From NCBI GenBank assembly GCA_046757525.1, contig JBHHYI010000016.1, positions 1 to 39,535 of the forward strand: 39,535 nt of DNA, given 5' to 3'. This document shows positions 9,249 through 19,464 of this stretch, piece by piece. Below the pieces are notes generated by a model. That model was not told where the DNA came from and ran no database searches. It saw only the letters and a program-made list of their open reading frames with translations. Origin of the DNA: a bacterium (lineage in GTDB: Bacteria > Zhuqueibacterota > Zhuqueibacteria > Oceanimicrobiales > Oceanimicrobiaceae). The position numbers were made by a program, and so were the translations under genes. The first letter of the stretch is position 1, and each line of letters starts with the position of its first letter.

Positions 9249-10916
9249 ATGAATGCTTCAAGAAAGCTTTTTCAACCGTGGCGAACCCTTCTTTTGACGA
9301 CATGCATTTTGTTGAATATAAACATTCCACTGCAAGGCACCCCCGTGCAAAGAAGACAGCACAAAGTCAGTTTGCAATTTCGGAATGTAGGCATTCAGGA
9401 TGTTCTCAAGACCCTGGCCAAAGAGGGCGGCATTAATATCGTTGCCAGCAAGGGCGTTCAAGGTGCGGTTACCATTTTTGCTGATAGCCTCAGCATCATG
9501 GAGGCCATCAGCTTTGTCGTTGAGACGCAGGGATACGCTTATTATTTGGATCGAGGCGTCGTGCGAATCGTCACGGCTGAAGAATATATGAGTCGCTTCG
9601 GCCGGAATTTCAAAGATCGCATGCAGACCCGCGTGGTCAAACTGCACTACGCCAATGTTGAGAAGGTGGTAAAGACCATTTTCCAAATGAAGTCGAAAGA
9701 CGGCAAAGTCATCGCCGACCAACGCAGCAACAGTCTCATCGTGGTCGACCTGCCGGCCGTCATTCAAGACATGGAGACGGTAGTCAGGCAGGTGGACATC
9801 CCCATGCAGACCTTCGCTTATGCCTTTGATCATATACCGGTGCAAACCATTGAAGAGATCGTCCAGAGCATGGCGTCTGGGGGGGGAAAGGTCAAGATCG
9901 ACCCCAGTACAAATCAACTTCTGGTGATCGACGCTCAGGAGCAAATCGAGCGCATAAAGAAATTTGTCCAGGAGGCAGACGTGCCGAGTGCGGCTGTCAT
10001 GGAGATCTACTCGTTGCAATATGCTGACCCGGAAGCCGTCGCGAACCGGGTGCAAAACGAGCTGACCCCGGGGGTTGGCAGTGTTGTGCCGGACAAAGCG
10101 ACCAAGAAGTTGTTCATAAAGGATTTGCCTGAGAATCTGCCTTACTTGAAACAGCTCATTCAAACCCTTGATCGAAGGACTCGTGAAGTACTGATCGAAG
10201 CCAAGATCATTCAAATCAATCTCAATGATGAGTTCAAAATGGGAGTGGATTGGCAGGCCCTGTTCGACAAGTTTGGTGGGACAGTCAATGTGAGTTCAAA
10301 CTTCAGGGTGCTCTCGGATAACGATGCGGGCGGCCGCGTGCGTGCCACTGACGTTTCTGCCGGCTCCGCAACGTTAAACGGAATCATCGAAGCACTGCAG
10401 AGCGTAGGTAAAACCGATTTGCTGTCCAACCCGCGGATTACCTGCACCGACGGCCAGGAGGCCTATATTCTGGTTGGCAGCACCGTGCCGTACAAAACCA
10501 TCGACACGCGCGAAGACCAGGGCGGCGCCTTGCGTACTTTCGAGAAAGTTGTGACCGTTGAGGTCGGTGTGAAATTAAGAGTTACGCCTCATATCAACGA
10601 TGAAGGCTTCATCACCATGAAGATCAGGCCCGAGGTCAGCGAAGTCACCAGCTTTATCGACAATGTTCCGGTAATCGAAAAGTCGGAGTCTGAAACCACC
10701 GTCGTGGTCAAGAATGGCGTCACCATTATCATTGGTGGACTCATCAAAGACCAACAGATTAAGATCGAAAAACGGGTGCCGCTGTTAGGCAGCATACCCC
10801 TCATTGGGTTTCCGTTTCGGAGCAAAAGCCACACAAAAGTAAAGACCGAATTGGTCATTTTGCTCCGGCCTCAGATAATCACAGGCGACGTGAACATGAA
10901 ACCTGGAAAAGGCTAA
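9249..10916 (+). CDS. gspD: Secretin (GspD/PilQ family) with STN and N-domain repeats
   Basis: EVLIEAKII, LLSNPRI...GQEAYI.VG..VPY, VGVKLRVTPHI, VPLLGSIPLIG..F, KTELVILLRPQI. Confidence 0.95.
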   Translation: MNASRKLFQPWRTLLLTTCILLNINIPLQGTPVQRRQHKVSLQFRNVGIQDVLKTLAKEGGINIVASKGVQGAVTIFADSLSIMEAISFVVETQGYAYYLDRGVVRIVTAEEYMSRFGRNFKDRMQTRVVKLHYANVEKVVKTIFQMKSKDGKVIADQRSNSLIVVDLPAVIQDMETVVRQVDIPMQTFAYAFDHIPVQTIEEIVQSMASGGGKVKIDPSTNQLLVIDAQEQIERIKKFVQEADVPSAAVMEIYSLQYADPEAVANRVQNELTPGVGSVVPDKATKKLFIKDLPENLPYLKQLIQTLDRRTREVLIEAKIIQINLNDEFKMGVDWQALFDKFGGTVNVSSNFRVLSDNDAGGRVRATDVSAGSATLNGIIEALQSVGKTDLLSNPRITCTDGQEAYILVGSTVPYKTIDTREDQGGALRTFEKVVTVEVGVKLRVTPHINDEGFITMKIRPEVSEVTSFIDNVPVIEKSESETTVVVKNGVTIIIGGLIKDQQIKIEKRVPLLGSIPLIGFPFRSKSHTKVKTELVILLRPQIITGDVNMKPGKG

Positions 10917-10940
10917 GACCCACGGCTGATTGGAGGAAAA

Positions 10941-11354
10941 ATGTTAAAAATCTTTTCGTTGGCAATGTTGACGGCTTTAACCACGTGGCTGTACCTCTGT
11001 GGACACAGTTCTCAGACGAGGTACTATGTGGACTTGACTTCTGGCGACGACCGCTATCCAGGCACGAGCTGGTCGCTGGCTAAGGCTTCCATCGCCGCAG
11101 CCCTCGACCTTGTGGCCGACGGCGATACCGTCTGCATTGCTGAGGGGGTTTACGAAGAAGACTTCACCCTACCCTCCAACGTAACCCTCATCGGGGGCTT
11201 CGCTTCTGGTGGGCAAGTCAGAGATCCCAGGACTCACGTGACGATTGTTGCGGGTAGCCACCAAGATGTTGTTGTTACCATTCTCGAGACCAACGATCTC
11301 GCTCGGATTACCGGGAACAATTCCCCGCAGATCACTGCCACACGCAAACATTAG
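10941..11354 (+). CDS. Exported protein with DUF1565-like/beta-helix N-terminal cap, probably truncated
   Basis: RBS GGAGG; signal peptide; YYVD...GDD...GTSW..A..SI..AL....GDTV.IAEG.Y.E motif, ending before a full beta-helix. Confidence 0.65.
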   Translation: MLKIFSLAMLTALTTWLYLCGHSSQTRYYVDLTSGDDRYPGTSWSLAKASIAAALDLVADGDTVCIAEGVYEEDFTLPSNVTLIGGFASGGQVRDPRTHVTIVAGSHQDVVVTILETNDLARITGNNSPQITATRKH

Positions 11355-11620
11355 CTGCGCGGCGAATCTGCAAGAAACGCCCAGATTGAGCCCTGGCCCC
11401 ATCTTAGCAGTATCATGCGCCTGGAGACCACGGCATTTTCCCTCTCGTTAAGATAAGGGCCGCTGACTACTGTGGCACCTGTATTATCCTTCCCATCCCA
11501 AACAACGGAATACTCACCAGCCGGATAATCGAAGTCTTCGAGCAACAATTGTGCCCATGCCGTTGGGTTTATCGCAAACGTGGCATATAATATGGATAGT
11601 ACCATGGCAACCCTTTTCAT
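11351..11620 (-). pseudogene. Internally deleted secreted protein: signal peptide fused to the last part of a FlgD-Ig/Por-like tail
   Basis: RBS AGGAG; MKRVAMVL...AWA|QLLLEDFDYPAG joined to EYSVVWDGKDNTGATVVSGPYL...RRMILLR. Confidence 0.65.
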
Positions 11621-11776
11621 GGTGCTCCTTCCTCTTCCTATGCATAGTTAGCGCTTGCATATTTGGTTTATAGTTCTTAGGTTTTGTCCGTAGATTCAAT
11701 CAAACTGTTTCTTGTGAGTTTTGCACAACAGGTCAGGTTGAGCAAAAATAGGTTCTAAGCGTATTTTGCGCCAGCA

Positions 11777-12432
11777 CTTTTAGGAAACGCCTGCTCCTCG
11801 TAACGCAAACGTCTCGATTGCGAGGACATTGCTTTCATGTAAAAGCACGCAAAGCGTGCACAGTGCTTTTAGGAAACGCTCCGCTGTCGCGGTCCTTTAT
11901 TGCAGTCTTTAATGTCATTCAGGAGGAATCCTGTTGGCCCGCTGCACAGGTGCTGACCTGTCACAAGATGCCTCCTGCATGACAGGGCTGCCTGTGGCGT
12001 TTCCGACGTTTAAAGCAATCCGGCAGCTGCCGGATTGCGGAAGCTTTTAGGAAACGCTCTGTTGTACGTAACGCAATCGTCCCGATTGCGTCAGGCAGAC
12101 GCCTGATCTTTTTACACAGCCAGTTCTTCCTTTGAAGGAAGACAGATTTTCGCTCGTCCAGAGCGAAAATCAGAGGGATGTCTGGTCGGCAGCATCTTTG
12201 ACTTGGGATTTCAGGACGCCTCCTGAAATCCCGCTAATTTTCTCGCCGGACGCTTCAAAAAGGGGGATTCTTTGCAATGGGTTATCAAACGGTAACCTTC
12301 TCAAAGAAGGTCACCGTTTGAGGTCCCGACCGCTTCTTGGTCGGGACGTATCGAAGCCCGTCACTCCTCGATATGGTCACTTGAACAACAGTGACCTACT
12401 CGGGATGACTCGCACATTGCTCTCTGGAAACG
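11777..12432 (+). repeat. Composite palindromic intergenic element, copy C (longest)
   Basis: CTTTTAGGAAACGC at 11777, 11866 and 12044, with many perfect hairpins (for example 12145-12171, 12205-12232). Confidence 0.85.
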
Positions 12433-12505
12433 GTTGGAATAACGTTTCCAAAATTCAAAGCAACAATCTTTTTTTGTTGTGAAACCTTTTAGAAAGGGTG
12501 GGGTT

Positions 12506-14935
12506 ATGCGTTGGCTAAAATTGATTCTGACTGGTGGTTTCACTGTGGCGTTGGTTGTCGTCCTCAACAGCAAAATCGGTCTGCTCCCGCCTTTGGGCAA
12601 GTTCTTAGATCCTTTTCATGGCTTCTGGCAAAATGCCGATCCGGGAAAAGCCCAGACCGAGCAGAAGTTGCGAGTCGAAGGCCTGCATTCTCCAGTCACC
12701 ATCCTCTACGACGACAGAATGGTTCCGCACATTTTTGCCGCAGACGATTACGATCTCTACTTCGCCCAGGGCTATGTCACGGCCCGGGACCGCCTGTGGC
12801 AGATGGAATTCCAGACGCGGGCTGCCGCTGGCCGGCTTTCGGAGGTGCTGGGCAAGCGGACCCTGGAATACGACCGCTACCAACGCCGGACCGGCATGCG
12901 CCTCGCGGCGCAAAAAGCGGTGCAATCCATGCAAGCCTCTCCGCAGGTAAGAGAGACCATTCAGGCTTACACCGCAGGTGTCAACGCCTACATCCTGGGA
13001 TTGCGTGAGGAAGCTTATCCCCTGGAGTACAAACTTCTCGATTATGTACCCGAGCCCTGGACGCCACTCAAATGCGCGCTGTTGCTCAAACATATGGCCT
13101 GGATGCTCACTGGCTACAGCACGGATTTGCAAATGAGCAACACCCTGGCCAAATTTGGTCCGGAGGTGGTCGCCGACTTGTTTCCGGAATTCCCGCCAAA
13201 CGTTGACCCTGTCATCCCTCCGGGTACCTCCTGGCACTTCAAGTCCGTGCAAGTAAAACCGCCGCCAAATCCCCTACAACCCGGCCTCACCAACGGTGCC
13301 GTGCCTTTTGCACCGAATCCGGACAACGGCAGCAACAACTGGGCGGTATCGGGCAGCAAAACCGCCAGCGGCTATCCCATCCTGGCCAACGACCCGCACC
13401 TGGAGCTCAACCTGCCTTCGATCTGGTACGAGATGCAGCTTGTCAGTCCCACGGTCAATGTCTACGGCGTCACCTTGCCCGGCTCGCCCAACGTCATCAT
13501 CGGATTTAACAGAGACGTGGCCTGGGGCGTCACCAACGCCGAGTCTGACGTGCTGGACTGGTACCAGATCAAGTTCAAAGACCCTTCCCTTTTGGAGTAC
13601 TGGTACGACCACGGCTGGCGCAAGACCACACGGGTAATCGAAGAGATTAAGATACGCGGCGGCGCGGCGGTGATGGACACGGTGGTTTACACACACCACG
13701 GCCCCATTCCACTAAAACCAAATGAAAGGGCGTTCAGCCGCCAGGTTCCCACGTTGACGGCCATGCGCTGGCTGGGTCACGACGACAGCGACGAGGCCCA
13801 GGCTTTCTACAAATTGAACCGGGCCAGGAGCTACGACGACTATGTGGAAGCCATTTCGCACTACGCCTGTCCGGCACAGAATTTCGTCTTCGCCGATGCC
13901 GAAGGCGACATTGCCATCTGGCACAACGGCAGATTTCCGGCCAAATGGAAACCGCAGGGCAAATTCATTGGCGACGGCTCCGATCCGCTTTACGATTGGC
14001 AGGCGTGGATTCCACACCAACAGAATCCGCATGTCAAGAATCCGCAGCGCGGATTTGTCAGCTCTGCCAACCAGAAACCCACAGACGCCTCTTACCCCTA
14101 CTACCTGGGCTGGCACTACGCCCCTTACGCCCGTAGCAAACGAATCAACCAGCTTCTGTCTCAGATGACCGACATCGTCCCCGACGACTTTCGCAAGATG
14201 CAGCTCGACACCAAGAACCTGCACGCCGAATCGGTGCTGCCCGTGTTGCTGGGAATGGTCGAGCAAAGCGAATTAGGCGACGCTGAACTGACGGCTTTCA
14301 ACGAGCTAAAATCGTGGGACTACCGCAGCGACGCTGAAAAGATCGCCCCAACAATTTTCGACCAATGGTGGCGACGGCTCTACGGCGCGATCTGGGACGA
14401 CGAGTTCGGCGCGCCTGGAAGCAATTTGCGCTATCCCGGCCGCGACCGCACGGCGGAGATGATTCTGCGGCAACCGGACGCAAAATGGTTCGACGACGCC
14501 AGAACCCCGGAGATCGAAACCCTTGCGCTGCTCGCCAATAACTCCTTCAAGGCAGCCTGTGCTTTTTTGCAAGAAAAATACGGCCCGGTGGGCGACCGCT
14601 GGCAATGGGGCAAATACAAAGGCACTGCCATTTTGCATTTGGCAAAAATCCCGGGCCTGGGTCGCACCGACCTGTTCGTCGACGGGGATGCGCGCGTCAT
14701 AAATGCGACCAGCCGGCACCACGGCCCTTCCTGGCGCATGGTAGTCGCTTTGGGGCCGCAAGTCAAAGCCTGGGGCATCTACCCCGGCGGCCAATCGGGC
14801 AATCCAGGCAGCCCGCACTACGACGATTTCATCGACGCGTGGGTGCATGGCCAACTGGCCGAGCTGCTTTATTTACAATCAAAAGAAGAGAAAAACCAAC
14901 GCCTGGTGTCGAAACTGATTTTGGAGGAAAATTGA
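12506..14935 (+). CDS. Penicillin acylase family Ntn-hydrolase (peptidase S45)
   Basis: AQGYVTARDRLWQME, G|SNNW catalytic Ser, ILANDPHL, PGGQSGNP.SPHY. Confidence 0.95.
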   Translation: MRWLKLILTGGFTVALVVVLNSKIGLLPPLGKFLDPFHGFWQNADPGKAQTEQKLRVEGLHSPVTILYDDRMVPHIFAADDYDLYFAQGYVTARDRLWQMEFQTRAAAGRLSEVLGKRTLEYDRYQRRTGMRLAAQKAVQSMQASPQVRETIQAYTAGVNAYILGLREEAYPLEYKLLDYVPEPWTPLKCALLLKHMAWMLTGYSTDLQMSNTLAKFGPEVVADLFPEFPPNVDPVIPPGTSWHFKSVQVKPPPNPLQPGLTNGAVPFAPNPDNGSNNWAVSGSKTASGYPILANDPHLELNLPSIWYEMQLVSPTVNVYGVTLPGSPNVIIGFNRDVAWGVTNAESDVLDWYQIKFKDPSLLEYWYDHGWRKTTRVIEEIKIRGGAAVMDTVVYTHHGPIPLKPNERAFSRQVPTLTAMRWLGHDDSDEAQAFYKLNRARSYDDYVEAISHYACPAQNFVFADAEGDIAIWHNGRFPAKWKPQGKFIGDGSDPLYDWQAWIPHQQNPHVKNPQRGFVSSANQKPTDASYPYYLGWHYAPYARSKRINQLLSQMTDIVPDDFRKMQLDTKNLHAESVLPVLLGMVEQSELGDAELTAFNELKSWDYRSDAEKIAPTIFDQWWRRLYGAIWDDEFGAPGSNLRYPGRDRTAEMILRQPDAKWFDDARTPEIETLALLANNSFKAACAFLQEKYGPVGDRWQWGKYKGTAILHLAKIPGLGRTDLFVDGDARVINATSRHHGPSWRMVVALGPQVKAWGIYPGGQSGNPGSPHYDDFIDAWVHGQLAELLYLQSKEEKNQRLVSKLILEEN

Positions 14936-15282
14936 TGGTGACTTTCGTCCTGATTCTCGCTTTGGGAGCTGTCGCGGAGTTGTTTTTCCCCTGGTGGTCG
15001 GTTGTGGTGGTGGCATTCTCAATTGGCGGGTGGAAAGGCACGTCGGGTTGGCGGGCCTTCAGTGCCGGATTCCTGGCCATCGGCGGCCTGTGGCTGATCG
15101 TCGCAGGCTTTATTCATTTTCAGACCGGTGGGATTCTAACAGAAAGAGTGAGCACCCTGCTCAAGCTACCGACGCCCCTTCTGCTGCCGGGGCTTGCGGC
15201 TTTGCTCGGCGGACTGGTCAGTGGTTTGGCCGCCGCGTCCGGATATCACTTGCGGAAGACTTTCAAAGCAAAACAATTTTGA
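14935..15282 (+). CDS. Small multi-pass membrane protein coupled to the acylase
   Basis: TGATG stop/start overlap; hydrophobic sequence with PWW motif. Confidence 0.8.
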   Translation: MVTFVLILALGAVAELFFPWWSVVVVAFSIGGWKGTSGWRAFSAGFLAIGGLWLIVAGFIHFQTGGILTERVSTLLKLPTPLLLPGLAALLGGLVSGLAAASGYHLRKTFKAKQF

Positions 15283-15445
15283 CTGCCTGAGCTTCTTCTA
15301 TGCCGGCAATGTGCCTCTCGTTAGCAGAGACAAAGCGTGTGGCTGCCCCCTAACCGAACGGGCTGTTCGAAAGGGAGCCGGAATTCATGCGGGCCGCTCC
15401 TTTACGCCGACTTTCCAAAAATTCCGTCCAGGCCCACCGCGACGT

Positions 15446-17038
15446 CTATTCTTTTGCCCGCAGAATGACTTCCTTATCTTCCCCTTCCTTGATTTCAAAC
15501 ACAACCGGCTCATACTGCCCTTTCTTCCGCCAACCAATGACGTTATACATACCTGGCGTTAACGGGTGTTTTTTACCAGACATCTTGTACTGGCCTCTCC
15601 TACTCGGCCCGCGACCGATGAAACAGCGGTCCTCTTGATCGCGTGTGCCGTCGGCTTTCTGGTAGATAACCGTGACGTGCCCTACCGGCACGGTCACCTC
15701 AAACTGCTGTTCATCTTTGTCTGTCACCACGATGCCTTCTTTGACGTATGGAGTCAATCGGTTGGGAAGATGCAGATTGTAGGTCCCGGGCAGCACGCGC
15801 GCGCCGTTGTGCACGTGTACTTTGTATTTCCGTTCACCGTTCTGCCAGAGCTCGTAATTCTCCCGGAACCAAATGCCAGACCCGGAGGCGACCATCTTAA
15901 ATTTGACTTTAACTGTGTGCACCATTTTGAAAACGATTTCCTTGTGGTCTCCGTCGGCAAAAGACTCGGTGACAGACAACTCGTTTTCGGCATTGGGTTT
16001 GGCGCGAAACTCATAGGTTCCTTCATCCAGATACACCTCGTCTATCCAACGCAACTTAAAGATCTCTTTGCCATCTTGAAAGGCATGAATCAACGAACCG
16101 CGCTGCGCTTTGCCGGCGGCCTCAAATCTTGCTTTGACCGTCGGCGGCACAACTACTTCCACTTTCACCCGGGTTGCACCGGTTTCCGCCACCGTTAAGA
16201 TTTTGGTAACGGGTTTGTACAAGTTACCGTTTTTAGTGCGGACACCGACCAGCAATTTGTATTCCCCGGCTTCGACCAGGTTTCTGCGGTTACTTGAGAC
16301 TTCAACCATTTCTTTGCCGTTTCGAGAAAGGACGCCTTCTACCCACATTCTGTTTCCGATCGGATCCACTGCATCTATGAGCAAAGCCGCCATGGTGGCC
16401 TTTTCTTGAATCTTCTTCAGGCCATCGCCCAGCTCCGAGGCAGAATTGGCGTCATAGTACTCCGTGCCGGCCGCGTCCGAGATACACTTCATCGCGGCCT
16501 TCGATTTTTCATCCAAACCCAGGCCCACCACGTGCACGCGGATATTGACGTTCTTCTCCCGCCAGGCTTTCACCAGTGCACACGGGTCGTCATCGCAGGT
16601 CTCTTCGCCATCGCTGATGAGAATGATCTCCCCGCTGCGGTCGCCAAAATCTTGCAGCGCCTGCCGCAGGCTGTAGTTGATGGGTGTTTTTCCGGTGGGG
16701 TTGACGCTGGCCATAAACGTTTGCACTTGCGAGACCACTTTCTTCGGAGCGCCAAAAGGCGCTACCAGCTCCGAGTCGCGGCAATCGCCTTTACGGCGGT
16801 GGCCGTATGAGCGAAACGCGAGCTCGTAGCCGCTGAAGTCTCCCCCGACAAATTCTTGCAAGACCTGTTTTGCCGTTGCAATTTTGAAGGAGCCATCCGG
16901 CAATTTTTGCCACATGGAGCCGGAGGCATCGAAGATGATGTAGATGGCGTCGGGGTTTTCCTGCCCGAAGCCCTTTAACGGCCCGACGATAAAACAAATA
17001 GTCAGTACTACAAATCTAAGAATCTGACTTCTCATCAT
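15446..17038 (-). CDS. Exported von Willebrand factor A domain protein
   Basis: Signal peptide; MIDAS DASGSM, G.TP, ISDGEETC; RBS GGAG. Confidence 0.9.
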   Translation of the reverse strand: MMRSQILRFVVLTICFIVGPLKGFGQENPDAIYIIFDASGSMWQKLPDGSFKIATAKQVLQEFVGGDFSGYELAFRSYGHRRKGDCRDSELVAPFGAPKKVVSQVQTFMASVNPTGKTPINYSLRQALQDFGDRSGEIILISDGEETCDDDPCALVKAWREKNVNIRVHVVGLGLDEKSKAAMKCISDAAGTEYYDANSASELGDGLKKIQEKATMAALLIDAVDPIGNRMWVEGVLSRNGKEMVEVSSNRRNLVEAGEYKLLVGVRTKNGNLYKPVTKILTVAETGATRVKVEVVVPPTVKARFEAAGKAQRGSLIHAFQDGKEIFKLRWIDEVYLDEGTYEFRAKPNAENELSVTESFADGDHKEIVFKMVHTVKVKFKMVASGSGIWFRENYELWQNGERKYKVHVHNGARVLPGTYNLHLPNRLTPYVKEGIVVTDKDEQQFEVTVPVGHVTVIYQKADGTRDQEDRCFIGRGPSRRGQYKMSGKKHPLTPGMYNVIGWRKKGQYEPVVFEIKEGEDKEVILRAKE

Positions 17039-17085
17039 TCCTCCAATTTAATAGAATCCCAAATCCCATGAACTCCATTTGGCAT

Positions 17086-17763
17086 TTAGTTTTTCTGGTA
17101 TTTCTTTTTCAACGCATCCAGCCCCTGGAATCTTTTCATCGCCTCACTCATATCCCGGTATTTGACATTCGGCCTTTGCAGCTTCTTTTTGTCAAATGTT
17201 TCTGAGATTTTTTTGGCTTCGATGGTCATTTTCATCCCCATCATGTTGGTCTCGGTTTTGAGATTGATCCAATTCCAAACCCAGGTTTTCGTGCCCATCT
17301 TCTTAATTTCCCAGATTTCACAAGTTTTGCCAAGCACTTTACCCGTGCCGATTTTCTGACCGCCCATTTGCACCATCATTTCTTTTCCGACTTCTTTCAT
17401 GTCTTTCTTCTGGAAAGCCTCCTTCAAAGGATTTTCCATTTTTGTGCCGGATTTCGTTTTGTAGTCATAGGTATAAATGATGCCGTCTTCATCAAAATTG
17501 ATGAAGGTTGCGGTGTGGTTTTCCTGTTTCATCCCCATGACGTTTACTGTCTGTTGACTATATTTTGCTTCTCGCATGCCGTACCGGTCGAAATAGAGTG
17601 TTTCGGTTCCCGAAAACATGTCGCCGGTGATCTGGTATTCGACACAAGCTTGTTTGAGGCCGTAACGACTTTTTGAGCCCGCGCTGCTTCCCGATTTTGC
17701 GCTATCGCAACGAACGAAGCTCAAGAACGAGAGTACGATGAGACCGATTGTGAGTTTGTTCAT
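17086..17763 (-). CDS. Putative lipoprotein (DUF4412-like)
   Basis: RBS AGGAG; signal with Cys at position 19; G...VLGKTCEIW...TWVW...LK motif. Confidence 0.7.
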   Translation of the reverse strand: MNKLTIGLIVLSFLSFVRCDSAKSGSSAGSKSRYGLKQACVEYQITGDMFSGTETLYFDRYGMREAKYSQQTVNVMGMKQENHTATFINFDEDGIIYTYDYKTKSGTKMENPLKEAFQKKDMKEVGKEMMVQMGGQKIGTGKVLGKTCEIWEIKKMGTKTWVWNWINLKTETNMMGMKMTIEAKKISETFDKKKLQRPNVKYRDMSEAMKRFQGLDALKKKYQKN

Positions 17764-18233
17764 GGTTTTCTCCTTTTGTTTGATGAACTTAACTTGATTG
17801 ATTAATTCCTAACGTGGTGATGCCGTAATGAATGGAACACGGATTTAACAGATAGAACGGATTTACACGGATCTTATTTTGGGTGAAAACCAAAACATCA
17901 TGAACCACACAATACACATTCCACTGACTTCGATACATTCCGTTAAGATACATAAAATCCGCGTCATCCACGTTCTTTTTTTTGTACTTTTTTCAAAACA
18001 ACCCATGTGGTGCGTTTCACGCGCGGGAAATCATGCAGATTAGAATTTGTAACTCTAATTTGCATAATAAACTGAGCGGCAACGCGCCTGAACACGGCTA
18101 CCTAATTTATGGCGGCGCTGAAACGCAACCTTGGGCAAAAGGCCAGGTCATGGGTTGGGAAAATACGTCGGATATTCTCGGCCTTTGACCCGGCCTACGC
18201 TCTCACCAGATGCTGGATGTCGGATACTCCAGC

Positions 18234-19394
18234 CTATTGCAACAAAATCATCTTCTTCGTTTGAGTCCTCTGGCCGAAGCGCAATCGGTAAACATACACG
18301 CCGCTACTGACCCGACTGCCGCGATCGTCCGTTCCGTTCCAGCTTACGGTATAAGTCCCGGCCGGCTTTGTTTCGCTCGCTAACACCCGTACTTTTTGGC
18401 CTAACAGATTATAGACCGCCAATTCGACCCGGCCCCTTTGAGCCATCCGATAGGTAATCACGGTCTCCGGGTTGAAGGGGTTTGGATAATTCTGGGACAG
18501 CTCAAAATCAGATGGAATCCGACCCGGATTGTCATTTTCTTGCACGCTGGTTACGGAAGAAAGCGTGTCAAGGAGTGCAAACCCTTGCGCATCAATGAAG
18601 TCGGGATCGGAGTTGCCAAACTGACTCTGAATATCAAGCAACAAGTAATCTTCCGGCGATATCCAGTTGTATTGAATAAAAGTCTCGGTACCGGATGACA
18701 CTACTATCCCATCGACAAGTGTCTTCATCATCACCTTTGTGTCCTGGCGCAAGCGCAAGCACTCGAAATCGCCAAGCGGGAGTCTTACCATGCCCCAACC
18801 GTCGATCAAGTTGTCGATGCTATCGACACTCACTGAAATCAACGTCGTGGTATCTCCGGTGACCGGATTGATCGAGACAGTTATCGAGCTATCGACATCC
18901 ACACTTCTCCACGAATTATTAAACGCCACTGGAAGCGGTGCGATAGTGTCGTGTTCTGCTTGCACACGGATGAAAAGAGTATCGGCAATAGAGACAATCG
19001 AGCTGTCCCCGAGTCCAAGAAAAAAATCATCCTGCACATCGAAGTAGCTGAATAAAAATGAGCCCGGGGTTTCCGGAAACGTGATTTTTCTGACCATGTT
19101 TGCGCCCGGAAACAGGTCCGGCGTCGGCGTGTCTTCAGGACGAATGAATTCAAGCACAGAGACCAGGGTATCAGCAATCACAGCGCCCCTGAAATCCCAA
19201 ATTTGGTTAGCCCCTGGCGAACCGAGGTCGACCGGAATGCTACCCCGCCCGTCTATGAGCACCACTTGCCGTGAGCCGATTTTACTGAGCAGGCCTTCCG
19301 AAGTGAGGGTAATTTGAGAGTAGAGGAAGTTGGGCAGAACCAATAACAGGCACAGTCCAAGTTTCCAACGAATAGCCAGTAACAGATTCTTCAT
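18234..19394 (-). CDS. Secreted protein with C-terminal FlgD-Ig/Por-secretion-like tail
   Basis: RBS AAGGAG; signal ending YS|QITLT; DGWG...LP.G.F.CLR; LSQNYPNPFNP...WNG...SSGVYVY...KKMILLQ. Confidence 0.85.
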   Translation of the reverse strand: MKNLLLAIRWKLGLCLLLVLPNFLYSQITLTSEGLLSKIGSRQVVLIDGRGSIPVDLGSPGANQIWDFRGAVIADTLVSVLEFIRPEDTPTPDLFPGANMVRKITFPETPGSFLFSYFDVQDDFFLGLGDSSIVSIADTLFIRVQAEHDTIAPLPVAFNNSWRSVDVDSSITVSINPVTGDTTTLISVSVDSIDNLIDGWGMVRLPLGDFECLRLRQDTKVMMKTLVDGIVVSSGTETFIQYNWISPEDYLLLDIQSQFGNSDPDFIDAQGFALLDTLSSVTSVQENDNPGRIPSDFELSQNYPNPFNPETVITYRMAQRGRVELAVYNLLGQKVRVLASETKPAGTYTVSWNGTDDRGSRVSSGVYVYRLRFGQRTQTKKMILLQ

Positions 19395-19464
19395 GAGGCT
19401 CTCCTTGGTTTGGTTAATATGAATGCTTTTCAAAATGTTAGCGTTTTGCAGCGCGCGTCTTTAA

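Noticed and set aside
9258..10214. 318-aa antisense ORF, and similar ORFs inside the acylase, VWA and ALDH genes
   Set aside because: Shadow frames of well-supported genes on the opposite strand.
11758..11774. TGGCGCAAAATACGCT as a sigma54 promoter for the 11620 remnant
   Set aside because: GG-N10-GC spacing fits, but the match is weak and abuts a repeat element.
11777..12057. Direct repeats with unique spacers as a CRISPR array
   Set aside because: Repeats are only ~15 bp, spacing is irregular (~90 and ~180 bp), inserts are palindromic and shared between loci, and no cas genes are present.
17835..17974. ACGGATTT short repeats with an imperfect inverted end
   Set aside because: Probably a decayed miniature repeat; too degenerate to define or assign a function.
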